Source of the DNA: Lingula anatina
Taxonomy: Eukaryota > Animalia > Brachiopoda
DNA: 64,000 nucleotides
Assembly: GCA_051362555.1 (NCBI GenBank)
Contig: CM120640.1
Location: 26,398,225 to 26,462,224, forward strand
Direction of reading: 5' to 3'
The notes under the pieces were generated by a model. That model saw only the letters and a list, made by a program, of their open reading frames with translations. It ran no database searches and was not told the origin of the DNA. Within the stretch, counting starts at the first letter, position 1. Each line of letters begins with the position of its first letter. Position numbers and translations under genes: made by a program. This document shows, piece by piece, positions 1 through 18,663 of this stretch.

Positions 1-8
1 TGTTCTCT

Positions 9-383
9 TTATGAAGCAGCCGATTCTGCTGAGTGTGATGCTGCTGGTTCTTGCGGTTTCATAACATCAGGAAGTTCTGGCGGTGTTGAGAGTGGTGTGA
101 TCTCTACCGTATCCCCGTCTAAAGAGAAAATGTCAAACGATGCAATTTAGATATTTCTCAATTTAACCATCAGGTGGAGAAAGAGATCTACAACTTTTAT
201 TCTTAATTAATTTATCTCTTTACATAGCTCATTTAAAAACTAACAAAATAAAACCATGGTTCATATCAGGCATAAAACACTATTTTTACAACCGAGAGAA
301 ACATCTACAGCATCTGATATAAACAATGAATAAATATTTTTTACACAAAAATCACATTTAAACTTATGACCACTTTACTTACT

Positions 384-419
<36 letters not shown>

Positions 420-2103
420 ACCTTCCTCTTTGAATGCTAACCCTATCGTGGCAGGAGCTTGCGCCCTGGCTGTTGAACTGGTGAACCCACAGTCTCCCAG
501 TGCCTTATTGTCATCCAAAGGCTAAAAAATAAAAATGAATACAAGATGGTATACTTAAAATCAAATCCAACTTAAGAAGGGTATGAAATCAAATTTCCAA
601 ATTTCACCAGGCATTACATTTTTAGCATTATCATATTAATCTTAGAAATAGAATGATTGTGTCTAAATATAAACAAATTAAAGCATCAGGTTCAGATGCA
701 TTTTGTCATATGAAATGCAACAAATGCCAGCTCTCTAGCCTTCTAAGTGATCAAACTAACAAGATTTGGTTCAGATGTATAATTGTGGTGAAACCTGTGA
801 AAATGTACCCATTAATCCCATGAGGCCAAACGAGACCTATCATCATTTGATGGATGGTGAAATTTTGTAAATACGTAGTTATGTATGTTTAAGGTTGTGG
901 TGATAAGTATTGAGACACTGTGTTTAAGTGACCAAATTTAAGGTAACTTCAGCTGCGTAGCAGTGATAAAATAAGAGAATACAAATTTTGAACTGATAAA
1001 TCACACTCCCTAGTTAACCTGAGGTTAACAATCTTAAGAACAACTGTAGCTGAAAATCAGAAATTCTCATTTATACCTGAAAGGGATACATAATTCTAAT
1101 TATGCATTAAATTTATATAAATGAATTATATATTAAAGTTTCTATTTCCCTAATGAAACCAGCTACAGAAGAAGTAGATTAATGATACCACCCAAGCAGA
1201 GAACGGACCCTGATAAACCCAACTGGCAGCTCAGTCCAAAAAGTGAAACATGCTTAAGAGCCACGCACGATAGAGGTTGGGTTACTCAGTCCCATCATTA
1301 CCGAGTTTTACCCTATCCTCTAGAGGAGATGGGGCAGACATAACAAAAAAAAACAAAAAAAAAAACAGACTACTTTTGAATGTAAAAACGGATTCATTAA
1401 CCATTGGTAAGTATGGGAGAAGTTCATTTTTTGGCCAAAACGAAGAGTTTTTATCCCTTTAATCATTCCTGGAAAGTGTACAGTGACACCAACAATGACA
1501 ACAGATGGAGGCGATGGCTGTATGTCCAGACAGATTGTGTCTGTCCATAAATTATATTCTCTAATTATCATGTATATTTGCTTTAGGAAAAACCAGCACT
1601 TTTTTCAACTGTCTTTCAACAAAAATCCTTTAAATGGTGGAAAACCACCATTTTCTTTATAGATAAAAATTTTAATGAATATTGTTTAATAGGTTATGTA
1701 AAACAGCTGGGACAATTCACTCTTTGCAAATACCTCATCGTCTTTAAATAATTTCTGATCCTCTGGTGGCGTTTTAAGAATTCCTTCTACAACTTTTTTT
1801 AGTTCTCCCACTGTTGTGCTCTCCTTTGCATCTATAAAGATGGTAGTCTTCTTACGCCGTATCATTAAGAAGACATCCTTAAAAGAAAGATAATATACAT
1901 GAATTTATTATAAACACTTTTTATTCCTAGTAGTAGTTGAAAAATTCTGACATTTTCTTCTCTCTTTACTTCTTTATCAACAGAGAGAAGAATTTTTCTA
2001 CACCAAGGAATAATAAAGTGCCTAGAGCTTAATTGACAGAATTTAAAAAGGGAGTTATGTTAGTTGCTGTGGCCACTCAAAGCTTGGACAAATAAAAAAT
2101 AAA

Positions 2104-2155
<52 letters not shown>

Positions 2156-4026
2156 AGCCACAAAACAAATATAACCAATTGATACCTATAAACTACTATT
2201 CATACAGCCTATTAATTCGTGAGTATATACGTTCTTGACAATCTCTGTCACATACAGAAAGTACCAAACAGGTAAGTGGATTAACAGTTCATGGTTTGTA
2301 GCACATTGCCCTTGGCTTCTTGTGGGCCATTCAGAATAGAAGATCTGAGTATCAATCAGTATCAACTGGTCCAAGGCTCCCCAAGCATCATCCCTGCAGG
2401 GGCAAAGTAATTAAATCTCGGCTCCATTCGACCAGATGCGTGGGGAGGCGTGTGCGAGGCGAAGAGACCATTACAGGATGAAATGGTCCTCCTTTCATAT
2501 AGGGTCCACCATAGTTGAGCCTTGGACCATTTGATGCTCAGATCTTCTATTCTAAATGGCCCCTCAGACTGTGTTCCCATACCTATATCAATCTAACAGG
2601 ACTGATCCACCTCCAAGGGGGTTTCGTGCTAAATGGCTTTCAGCTTCAGCGGTTTAGATGTCTGGCACGCATAGTGAAGCTGGTTAACAATAATTAATTA
2701 CCCCCTAGCAGCTTCAGTAGGTGTGACAGCTATCTAAGCTGCTTAAGTTGATTGCAATTTAGCCAGATTCCCCGTGGAGATAGATTGATCCACAGTTAGT
2801 ATGATAGGGTCTGGGAATGGTCCCTAATATTATAGAAAAAGCAACACAGATGCTACAAAGATATATATTTTTGATGATTTTAAAATTATGTATCTGAAAA
2901 TTTGTTAGTTTTTCCTCATTGAAAAGACTGAGTCATTACTGTAACTTGTATTTCTGAGTGGTTGCTATAAACTTTCATCTGTCACTAGTGTATTATATAC
3001 CCTGACTTTCAATCATTTCACTGATGTTTTAAAAAATGATAAGAGTTATGAAAATGATGTTAAATTAAACAGTGATGGGCTTTCACCATTATTCTGATAT
3101 CTGTTAAGGACTAGAGGAAAAATAAAAATCAGTACAGATTTCTGACCCTAATTATTTGTAGATTACTGACTGCACTAATTTAAAGAGTTTAGATAGCAGA
3201 GAATAAGGGAGCATCAGTAATAATAGTTTTCCTCCAAAGAGATTATTCAAGTCATATTTAGCTTTTCTGTGTTTACAGAGCATGTTGAGACAGACACAGA
3301 CATCAAGTGAAAACTATGTATGATTGATGCAAAGGGAAGTCAAAATTGGGGAGGGATAATTTTGACAATTTTGTGGAAATGTGTGAATGCATCGTCTCAA
3401 AACTTATCTAAAAACAGCAATTATATCGATATGGATTTATGCAGTGAATGATTGTGAGCGTGAACAAAATGTGTAAGTTGATAAATTGAGAAACTCAAGT
3501 TCTGGATAGACATCTTAGGAAAGATTGCTTTTCCTTTTCTTTAGAGTAAAATTGTTTATGGCAGGAAAACGCCAGACAGAAGAGTTAAGCTTATGCCAAT
3601 CTACAGTTTAGAATACCGTAACTCAAATAAAAAGTGCTGGTTGTGGTGTGGTTTACTATGTACATCGTCAGGTACCTTTGATCTAGCAGGTTAGGTGATC
3701 AAAATCGCCAATGTTATACATCATGTCATATCAACACCTACTTTATGATTCCTAAACTCGGGGTATTGGTGAGAATAAACCTAAGGACGTATAGGTGGTA
3801 TGAGGATAGAGAAAAATTAGGAAGGGACAATCAGAAGGTGACTGACAGACCATAGCAACACTGTGAAACGAGACGCCGGTAAATGGGAGTTGTGTTTCAA
3901 TTAGCATATCCTAAGGTTCTCGGTGTGCTATGATTATCAGTGATACTATTACCAAGATTTCAAGACAGTAAAAAAGCTACAGGCTATTCAAAGAATGAAA
4001 GTTTACGACACAAAGATACTCACCAT
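9..4026 (-). CDS. ELOB: Elongin B (ubiquitin-like). 4 coding exons: 4026-4024 (ATG only), ~1877-1734, ~521-421, ~118-9
   Basis: Spliced translation M|[48 protein letters not shown]|[30 protein letters not shown]...[17 protein letters not shown]...SAAS*, recognisably Elongin B. GT-AG sites; TAA at 11-9. Confidence 0.95.
387..417. repeat. (CA)n microsatellite
   Basis: Visible dinucleotide run in an ELOB intron. Confidence 0.95.
2115..2153. repeat. (TA)n microsatellite
   Basis: Visible run. Confidence 0.95.
2323..2563. mobile_element. MITE with long TIRs (family B-related, Harbinger/Tourist-like)
   Basis: Left end GGGCCATTCAGAATAGAAGATCTGAGTATCAA..TGGTCCAAGGCTC is inverted at the right end GAGCCTTGGACCATTTGATGCTCAGATCTTCTATTCTAAATGGCCC. 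The core TGGGGAGGCGTGTGCGAGGCGAAGAGAC is shared with the 52909 element. Confidence 0.75.
2567..2824. mobile_element. MITE family A, diverged copy
   Basis: Ends GACTGTGTTCCCA...TGGGAATGGTCCC flanked by TCA/TAA. Internal TTAATTACCCCCT and CCCCGTGGAGATAGAT blocks match the other family A copies. Confidence 0.75.
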
Positions 4027-4412
4027 CCTGATTCAAGTTCCCACACAACAGGGTAGTGACAGTAAAAGTTGATTGGTTGATTTGCGCACCACTATCATAC
4101 TCTTCCGGCAAGAGACACGTTTCCGGAACATACTTGTATTAAATATTTAACAAATAGTAAAATTAAGATAAGTTATCATGTATTGAGCCAATATTTGAAA
4201 TTAAGTAAAAGAGATAATATTTATTATCCTATTTTATCTGAAATAGAATAAGATTTAAAGTAATCAATCTTCCTCCCAAGAAACTCCATTCTGCTTTTTC
4301 GATAAAAGGAAGCAATACGTGACCTGACGTGACCTTGCCTCCTTAGCCTGAGATGTAGAGCGCAGGGGTTTGAACTCAAAGAATAATTGCAAGTCATCCT
4401 GTCGTCTGCAAC
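4027..4412. promoter_or_regulatory. Likely bidirectional promoter between ELOB and the GHR gene
   Basis: Divergent start codons ~390 bp apart. ETS-type CTTCCGG and TTCCGGAA (~4102-4128), an inverted CCAAT (ATTGG ~4072), and tandem ACGTGACC-TGACGTGACC (~4317-4334). Confidence 0.6.
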
Positions 4413-9148
<4,736 letters not shown>

Positions 9149-10125
9149 AAAAGGATAGCAAATAATTAAGGCATATGTGATATTATGAGGTTTTAATCTC
9201 ACAGTTAAAAAAAACGGACAATTTGATGTATTAAAATGCAATAAAAACCCATTTATTTAACTGTATACACCCTTAGTTTCACACTCAAATTTCTCAAATT
9301 TGTGAATTTGAAAGAAACTTGTTTTTACTCTATTTTCCATTTTAGAATATTTAGACTTTCAGTTCACTGGTTTGGTTAACCATTACTCTTTCTTTTTTAC
9401 CATCAAGAAGGTCAAGTATTTCAATTCTGTTAGAACTGTTAGAATGGGTCAGATCAATGCTGTGCAGTAGCACAGTCATGTTAAAGGACACATTAAGCAT
9501 ATCTGGAAACTGTAATAGTTAGTACCAAGAAACAATCAAATTTTGCTCTGAAATTTTATATGCAGCTCCTTGATATAACTGCAATTGCATCGAAGCACCA
9601 TAAATTGGTGCATGCTTGAAATGTTTTACAAAGCAAATGAATTTGTTGTCCATGAAGAATAGAGTTTAATGACTCAATTCAATGTACACTTTGAGTGGAC
9701 AACTGTGTACATGTGATAAATGAACAAAAATTAATGGACACTTGAAGGTTAAGGGCAGTTCAGAAAAGGAAACTTTTATACATAAGCACTCCGTATCTTT
9801 GTTTTGATATTTATATATTTATATTAATGGATTTTATAAGCCTTTTTGTTAACCTTTATTACTTTGTAAGCAAACAATTTGTATTATATGTGTACTTATA
9901 ACATAGGTGTGAGTTGCAACTTTATTTTATCATGATAAGATTGAATGTTGTTTAATAGATGTTTATAAATGGAAAAATAAAGACTTTTATCATAATATAG
10001 TGGAGACAGTCTTTGGAATTGCTACGATTCACCTCAGAATTTTGCCCCACAGAACAGTTAGCACTACAGGTTTGCACTCATTGTGAATATAGTCATCTCT
10101 TATGTTCCACATCACTACTATCAAA

Positions 10126-10347
10126 GGGCGCATTCCCATAGATTTTAGAACGATCTATCCCTGTGGAGAGCCTCGATCACTAGATTACTGTTAGATAATC
10201 CGGTTTAAATGTCTGTCCCGCCTACTGTATACAAGCTGTAAGGGGGTAATTAACTTCCGTGCCCACTCGGCTGACGGCTATTTAGCGTGAACCCCCAGGG
10301 AGTTATTTCGATCTAATTGGATCGATCTAATCTCTGGGAATGGGGTC
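10126..10347. mobile_element. MITE family A (PIF/Harbinger Tourist-like)
   Basis: TIR GGGCGCATTCCCATAGATTTTAGAACGATCTA / ATCGATCTAATCTCTGGGAATGGGGTC with AAA on both flanks. Confidence 0.85.
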
Positions 10348-10953
10348 AAAGTTGTGATATTTCCTGCATAGATGTGCCACCACATAGATACTGCACTGTT
10401 AATTATTACCCCTCACCAATTTTAATGACAATAAAATAGGGCACTTTTGGGTCTTAGTATTGACATTAAGGTATTAAAGTTCAAAATTATTACCCATTGG
10501 GAGTAACATTGCGAGGATATAAAAGGAAGTGTATTTTAGTTTTCTGAGTTAGTATTTGGTTCCTGTCTGCTTTACGTCCTGAAGTATTTGCCTATTGCAC
10601 AAAGTTTGTCTGCATTTGTGCCTTTTATTCATATCCCACAAAACCCTTCAATAAAAAATGTGGTCCATTTATATCTACATCCAAAGGGTAGCCCATAACG
10701 GGCATATTCCAATGAAATTCTTTTCCTAAACCTTTGTCAAATTACGGATTGTGTTTATCTTGCATAAAGTGCTGCACTCTGGTAGGCAATACATAAACGG
10801 AAGGACACGTCCACCAGTCAAGTAAACCAATCAAATGGCATTATTTCAGTCACCTGACATGGTGAGGTAAACACTGATTTCGTGAAGATAGGTCTGGTGA
10901 AAGTGATGTTTTGGCTAAGTTAGCACCCTTACAGATGATTCATTTAGATTCTT

Positions 10954-13900
10954 ATGGGGAGGAAAAAGAACCGGGCGTCCGATCTTCGATGGTGTAGTTT
11001 GCTGGCGTCACTGGCATTTTTGACTGCCGTCAACAGCAGTGATAGCGTCGAATTACCTGTGTGCTCGAAGCTTAGCTCTGGGAAAAGGCAAGTGCTTTTT
11101 GTTGACAATATCTCCTTTTCAATATATCCAAAATAATTATTTAAGTCGACAGCAGACAAGCATATTTTAATTGATATAATTTTCTGGATGTATTGTTTTG
11201 TGTGAGAGACATTTCTGAAAGCAATTCGCAAGATTGATGTCTGAAACATTGAAGAAAAGTTTATATTTAAAAACTTTATTTTCACATTACATGGATGCTG
11301 AAAATGTATTAGAGTTGCATGCTTGTCCCTTTGTGTGCATTTTGCAACCAGACTCATATTGGTGATAACACATGGAAGAATGATTTGGCTCGATTTGCTT
11401 ATAATTGCTAGTAGTTTACTAGTACCAGTACATACAACATGTATACTATAAGGGTACCAGCCAGCCAATTGGAAGTAACGTTTTGGTGATTTTTTCAGGA
11501 TATAAATTATTGTGAAAATAATTGTTTGCAATCATTTTCTCTGTATACTTAATGATTTTGGCAATGTATGTAAAAAAGCAAGATATGATATATGCAAAAA
11601 TCAAGAATGCATAAACATGACCATTAATATGTCAGAAAATAAGTTTGTTATAATTTCCTATTGCATAGGTTTCTTATGCTTGTAAGCACCCTAGATGGCA
11701 GAATCTCAGCACTGAATGTTAATGAACATGGAAAGCCAGAATGGGGTTTAAATGCTGGACCAAAACCATTGCTTTCCTCTAGTATTAGCAAACTTGAGGT
11801 ATGGTACGGTTCTTTATTTTTCTTCTAAATCTAACAAGGCCTGAATATATTTATTTCATGATAGTTGTAAAGATTCAATTGGCCATTGATTTTACTGTGT
11901 TCCCCTCACCTTTGAATTATTCTGCAATAATCCAACTGATGCAGATTGGAAAGAAAGTTTAACTCCTTGTCACAAGTCAACATTGGTTTGATTTACTAAT
12001 CCATTTTGCTAGCATTGGCTTATGGATCTAGAATATGGAAAAAATAAAAAGGATCTAATGAATAACGATAATAATAAACAAATGAATAAATAAAATAAAA
12101 ATGTTCAGTTTAAATATTTTATATTGATAGGATTATTATTTGTTCATATTTCAGATTCAAAGAGATGGAATCCCCATCAAGCTAATCCCTTCACTAGATG
12201 GCAAGCTATACCAGTTTGATGGTGAAAGCATTGAATCTGTTCCATTTAGTGCAGACTCCTTGCTCAGTTCTTCTTTCAAATTATCTGACAATTCTATGGT
12301 TGTAGGAGGGAAGGAAACTAGAACTTATGGAATTGATGCAAAGACAGGGAAGGTAGGCTTTGTGATGGAATTATTGTTATGTTGATCTCTCACTTTGCTT
12401 GCAGCTATTTATTTTTATTCATGCAATTTTTTAGAAGAGGTTGTCACACTTTGTGTCACGTCATATAGCCATCACCAAAAAAAAAAAAAAAAAAAAAACA
12501 TAAAATGCATTTTGTGCACTGTCATCATAGATACCATAAAATGTAAACTGTCCTACTTATTTTCTCAAACTTACATGCATTCCATGTTTCAAAACCAGCC
12601 TGATCGGATTATTTTCCAAAAATAATGAAGGTTTGGGGGAATATTACATTTTTCATAAATTGGCATTTTTCATGTGTAATTTCAGTTCCTATGGTATGAA
12701 GCCATTTGCTAGTTTAGCTATTCAAACGTCCATAGTAACAATAGTACATAATAAAAAATTGGTGGTAATTTGTAATATTGCATCAAAATTAGAAAAAAAA
12801 CTTTTTTTTTTCAATTTCAGTGTTTTTTTTTTAATTATTTTTATATCACTGCTTTTTTTTGTTCGGTCTATTTGACATCTTTGCTGCATGTTTTTAAATA
12901 TAATTATGAGTCTGTACTTAAAAACTATGAATTGAAATACACAACTCTTATTTTCTGTGAACTGCCAGCTTTTTAATTGTGACCATTGGTATTTCTACAG
13001 ATTTAGTAGCTTTCACATCTAGATTAGCTTATAATTTTGCATTTCAAGAACCAATTATAGTAATTGTAATTTTTTATACCAGGTTCGGTATTTGTGTAGT
13101 CCAGCAGGATGTGAGGTTTGTGGAGAAGATGCTGTCACAGAAAAGGATGATATCATGGTTGTTAGAAGAAATACACAAACAGTGCGGGCAGTGGACAGTA
13201 AAACGGGATATGAAAAGTGAGTGTTAGTGATAATGCACATGTGGACTTCTTGATGATCAGCCTTTATCTTTCCCTCTGCCAAGGGTGTTTATGTGTTTGG
13301 TTCTGTTAGTTTACAGTTTGTATATTAGCAACATTATGCAAAAATTTATGGATGGATTTTGACAAATTTTTCTTAATAGGTCTGAAATGGGCAAACTTGA
13401 AAGTTATTCGATTTTTTTATAAGTGATCCATAAATTACTTAATGGTTAATTATTAGTTAATTATTTGTCTTGGCAGAGGTCTGCACTCTCTGGGTACAGT
13501 TGTTACTGTGATTCTCATTAAACATATGTTGCTTTTTTATTATCTACATATAGGATAAAGCTCAGTTTATTTTACTACTAAGGGTGCTTCTAAATATTTC
13601 CCTTAATTTTTCTAGGCGCTGTTCTAAATGCCATGTGGTTGATCACATTGCATTACAGCAATGTCAGATGATAGCTTGGCTGTTTTTTCTATGCATCAAA
13701 TATTTTGTCTGCTTTTCAGATGGAATTTTAGTGTAGGTCAACATGAGTTGGAGTTCTTGGAAGGTATCCAGCCTGGTGTTTCTTCATTAGATGAAGATGA
13801 TGATGATGATGTCACAATAACTACATGCTCTGTTACAGGTAGTGTCATCTTTCCTTGTATTCTTAAGTGCTTTTGGATAAAAGTGCACTCTCATAAGACT

Positions 13901-16900
13901 ATTTCTAGGCCCCCCTGTTAGATGCATGTAAAATTAGAAAATTGATTGTATTTGTATTGTGCATTGACTGTTAAAAATGTGCTTACAATCTCTGTTAAAC
14001 AGGCGAAGAGATTCCGGATGTTGCAACAGAACGAGTAAAAAATCCAACACCATCCTTTATAGTTCTACCTAGTGGATTGATAGTGGCTGTCGACAAAGAT
14101 AATCCTTCCAATGTTTTATGGCAACACAAGGTATGGCATCCTGTTAGACAGCTGGCACTATGTAAATGTTTAGCACTTCAGAAAACAATCTCATTGTTAA
14201 TATGAATTGAGATGATGTAGATTTTTATATGTAATGCACTGTGTTGAATGAAAATAAAATTTTGTGTCTATGTACCTGTCACACACTTAGACTTATCTAT
14301 ATAAGGAATCATATTTAATTATGATGTATATATATGTAAATCTGTTTCAGTTTGAAAGTCCCATAGCCAGTGCTTGGACTCTTAAAGGCAATCATCTAGA
14401 ACAAATAGATGTTTTGGATGGTGACAGAAATAGTCAAGACTTTCGAATATCAGACAATAAGATAGATATGGAACCACTACCACCTGCACCTGTGATGTAT
14501 TTAGGTATGTTTATCATTCAGTTTTATAGATATTGGAAAAAAGATTTATAATTAGAACAGGGCAGTAGTAATATATCTTCAAAACTTATTATTTAATTAT
14601 TATGCAATATGATATCTGAATCATTTATTGGTGGTCACTTAAATGATTCTACTTAAGTGTGATTTGTTTAGTTTTCAGCAATACTGAAAACATTTAATTT
14701 TCAATTTTTATTTAATTTTTATTTAGGCATGCACCAGAACCAACTGTATGTTCAGCCATCTGTCAAAACTACAGTATTTGGTACATATGGTCAAAACATG
14801 CCAAAATTGAGGTGGAGGCCTTTGATTGCAACATCCCCCTCAAGAACTCCTGTCATAAACATAAATGATGAGGCCAACACACCACTTCTGGATTTCCATG
14901 GAAGGGACCAAAATGCGGAGACAGAAGTTCAGGCTGTTAGTGTTTGGCATCAGGGATATCCATATGGTAAGTTGTTTTACAGAATGTGTTTTTGCAATGA
15001 AACTCGTAAGTAACATATTATTGGGAATAATGCTTTTGCCAGTGAACTGTCAGTCAATTATGCTTCATCATTTCAGATAATGGATATTTCCTATACAGTG
15101 ATGGGACCACAGCACCAATGCCAGATCCTCTTAAAAGGCAGCTGGATTTTCTGAACCTAACCAATTTATCCAGCACAGGAGAATATGACGGCAGTTTTAC
15201 AGTGTCATTGTGGAACTGGTGGTGTGTACCTTGGCTCTCACTTTTTAAATCAAATTTTCTTTAAAGGTTATTGTTTATGAAGTTGTGAAGGCCACTATAG
15301 AGAAAATGTCAGAGTAATGAAACATCTCTACTTATGTGATCCATTGTTTTCTTTAACATTGTAACCAAATTGATATCAAACATTGTTTGCAGGAAAGAGG
15401 TGGCAGCAATTAGTATTTTGACAGCAGTTTTATTCCATTTATTCATTACCAAGTATGTAGTGAGAAGCATAATGTTGGAGAATCTGAAAGATGAACAGGT
15501 AAATATTTGTGCTTAAGTAGGGAAAAGAAATAATGAAATGTGAAACAGAAAGCTTAATTGTGATCAGCACTCACTTGTATTTGAGATTCTGATTAGATTC
15601 TTTTGTTGAACATGTCTAATAACTTATCACAGTCCTCATCCCACATCTCATCATCTTACATTTGTGCTGTGAATTCTTTGCTTCCTATACAGATGAATGA
15701 AAAACTGAAGAAAGAAGGCAGCAAATCTTCTGGGTCTTTGCAAGAAAGTCTTGACAGACAAGACAGCAATGAGAGTGTGGTTGGGGATAAAGGACTTTCA
15801 GCTACTCAGGGGCCATTTGTCTCCAGGTAAAATTGAATATAAAATATAATTTTGTAATAATTATGATATTTTAGTGATGTTATAGCTGCCACCTTCCATT
15901 ATTTGAAGGAATATTTCACATGTAATAATTTGATGATATGGATATATTAACCATGTGATGTTTGCCATTAAGGTTTAACAGTTTACTGTTGATTTTTTCC
16001 AGGTTTTACTCTGACTTTGATCAGCTGGCATGTCTAGGGAAGGGTGGCTTTGGAGTTGTATTTGAAACCAAAAATAAAGTGGATGATAACCATTATGCCA
16101 TCAAGAGAATATCCTTGCCAAATAGGTTTGTATATTTTTAAAAGATAATACAATAGCAGTTTTGCCATTATTTTTGAAACTGGCTTTCAAAGATAGAATT
16201 GTCTTTAGGTTGATAGCAATTCAAATTTATTTCTTTAATCAGTATTCTTAGATATACAACACACATTAATTGAAAGTCATTACCAAGATGTGATTGTTTT
16301 TTAGTACGGATGCAAAGGAAAAGGTTATGAGAGAAGTTAAAGCACTTGCCAAGCTAGATCATGGCGGTATAGTCAGATATTTTCAAGCCTGGTTAGAAAG
16401 CCCACCTCCTGGCTGGCAAGAAGAGCGAGATGTTGGGTTGCTTGACAGGTGAGTATAGGTACAAGTAGTAAGTGATAAATTACTCATCAGTTTTATCAGT
16501 TTTTCATTTGTGCCTTTTTTTATCATGTAGATGACATATGTTAAACCAACCCAATTTTAAATGTACAAGAAAGATTGTATAAGTGAACCAATGTCTTTTT
16601 ATTGTCTCACTTTTGGATTTTATGTTTAGATATTGATGAACTGTCTGACAATTTTTATCTTTTCTTTTTAGTGACACCACTACTATATCTCAAACACCTT
16701 ACAGTGGGACTTATAAAAAAGACTTATTGAAGACATCTAGTCCAGTTGACTGCCCCATTGGAAGCAGTAGAAGTCTAGGATTTGTACCACATAAGGAAGA
16801 TATAGATAATGATGAGAGTGGATCCTTTAGTGTAGTTGGAACCCCACATACAATGCCACATTTTCACACAAAGACTTCTGTAGACTTTGACTTAGACACA

Positions 16901-18663
16901 TCAGATTCAGACTCTGAAAATGACATCCTGGACAACTTGGAGGCAGGATTGCAGGATGTACCTTTTCAAGTGTATCAAGAAAAACAGCTGGATGTTGAGA
17001 ATGTGGATTTTGATAATTCGAATGATTCTCTTAACATTGTTTTTGAGGATTCTGGATGTGAAGAAAAAAGCAACAGTGATTCCGTTTTTTGTGCAGAGAC
17101 TAGTAGCTGTGATTACACAAACTCTGAAAGTGGACAGTTAAGAAATGTAATTGTATCTAAAGAGTCACATTCTCCAATTTCTAGTTCATTTACTCTGCAT
17201 TCTTCCAAACCAAGCAGAACTGAAAAAAGAAAGGATTCTAGTCTTCCAAAAATGTATTTGTACATACAGATGCAGCTTTGCAAAAAGGAGACACTCAAGG
17301 ACTGGCTAAATTCCAACACGCTCAATAGGAATCACGCTGAGCTGATGCGCATTTTTGTGCAAATAGTTGATGCAGTGGAGTATGTTCACGGCATGGGACT
17401 GATGCACAGAGATCTCAAGGTGAGCACAAGTGCTTAATAAACCCAAGTATCAAATAAAGAAAAAATGATTGTTTGGTAATAAAATGTAGATAGAATCACC
17501 CACCCAGATAAAACTGCATTACGTATAGGCAAAAAGGCAAAACAAATTGTGAAATTCATCACTAAATTCTTGATTGATTGATTTTGTAGTGGTCATGGGT
17601 CTTTTTGCAGGATTTCATTTTCAGATTGTTCAAAATATTTATAAGCAACTTAATAATGAATGCAATTTAATCACAATCATATCAAGTCTAACAGATGGGA
17701 TTTGATCTCACCCATTTTTCAATATTTTTTCAGCCCTCAAACATTTTCTTTTCACTGGATGGTACTATCAAAGTAGGAGATTTTGGTCTAGTCACAGCAA
17801 TGGCGGAATACACAGATACCCTAGTTGACAATGAAGAAGATGAACAAGGCAAACACACAAACCAAGTTGGGACCACTTTGTACATGAGCCCAGAGCAGGT
17901 AATCAAAACTGAAACTTCTCCATGAATGATGCTGTATCAGCTTGATACCCACTGCCCCAAAACAAAATGTAGTGATGACTGATAAAAAATCAATTTCGAT
18001 CATTCTATCATTTTGGCACAACTATAGAAATAATCTGAACTTTCTGATGACAGACTTTTTTGTTGAAGATCATATTTTATTGTATTTTTTTTTAGATTGC
18101 TGGGAAAAGTTATAGTCACAAAGTTGACATTTATGCCATGGGTCTGATTTTCTTTGAACTGTTCTACCCATTCTCAACACAGATGGAAAGAGTTGTTACC
18201 CTACAAAATATCAGGCAATTGAATTTTCCTGAGAGATTTAGCAGGGAACTCAGAGAGGAGGTAAGGATGTCCAAAATTAAAAAAAAAAATTGGTTAAATA
18301 GTGGTTTTTTGAATGATAAAACTCTCTAAATAGTTGCATTTCATTGACTATGAAAAAAAAACGTGAGTCAAGAGTAGAGTCAGAGAGCGTGTCATTTATT
18401 TAATGAAGATTATACTTGCTTTTATATGAAGCTATTTTCTTGTGCAGTTAAGTGTTGAGATAATGGAATGCAACAATATCTTTAATTTTTTAAACAATTT
18501 TTTTCAGTGCCAGTTTGTCAAGTGGCTTTTAATGCCCAAACCAGAAGAAAGGCCTGAAGTTACAGAAATACTTGAAAGTCCACTGATGAAAAATTTTGAG
18601 CAAACCATGCACAACCAACTCAAAAGAAACCGATCTCGCACTATATCTACATCAAGTAGCTGA
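10954..18663 (+). CDS. EIF2AK3: PERK, eIF2-alpha kinase 3. ~17 exons: 10954-11087, 11669-11798, 12155-12352, 13083-13217, 13720-13838, 14003-14130, 14351-14504, 14727-14966, 15078-15222, 15393-15498, 15693-15826, 16003-16125, 16305-16448, 16671-17419, 17734-17898, 18096-18259, 18508-18663
   Basis: Signal peptide; IRE1-like lumenal motifs ([28 protein letters not shown]); TM segment ([20 protein letters not shown]); kinase [26 protein letters not shown], long insert, [35 protein letters not shown]. Confidence 0.96.
13271..13498. mobile_element. Degenerate non-autonomous repeat (Helentron/HINE-like); related end fragment at ~31545-31578
   Basis: Starts CCTCTGCCAAGG and ends CTTGGCAGAGGTCTGCACTCT (sub-terminal inverted motif). 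CCTTGGCGGAGGTAATAA occurs at ~31561. The family assignment is inference. Confidence 0.5.

Noticed and set aside
10944-11531. 195-aa minus-strand ORF over PERK exon 1 and intron 1
   Set aside because: AT-rich intronic composition, non-ATG start and no motifs.
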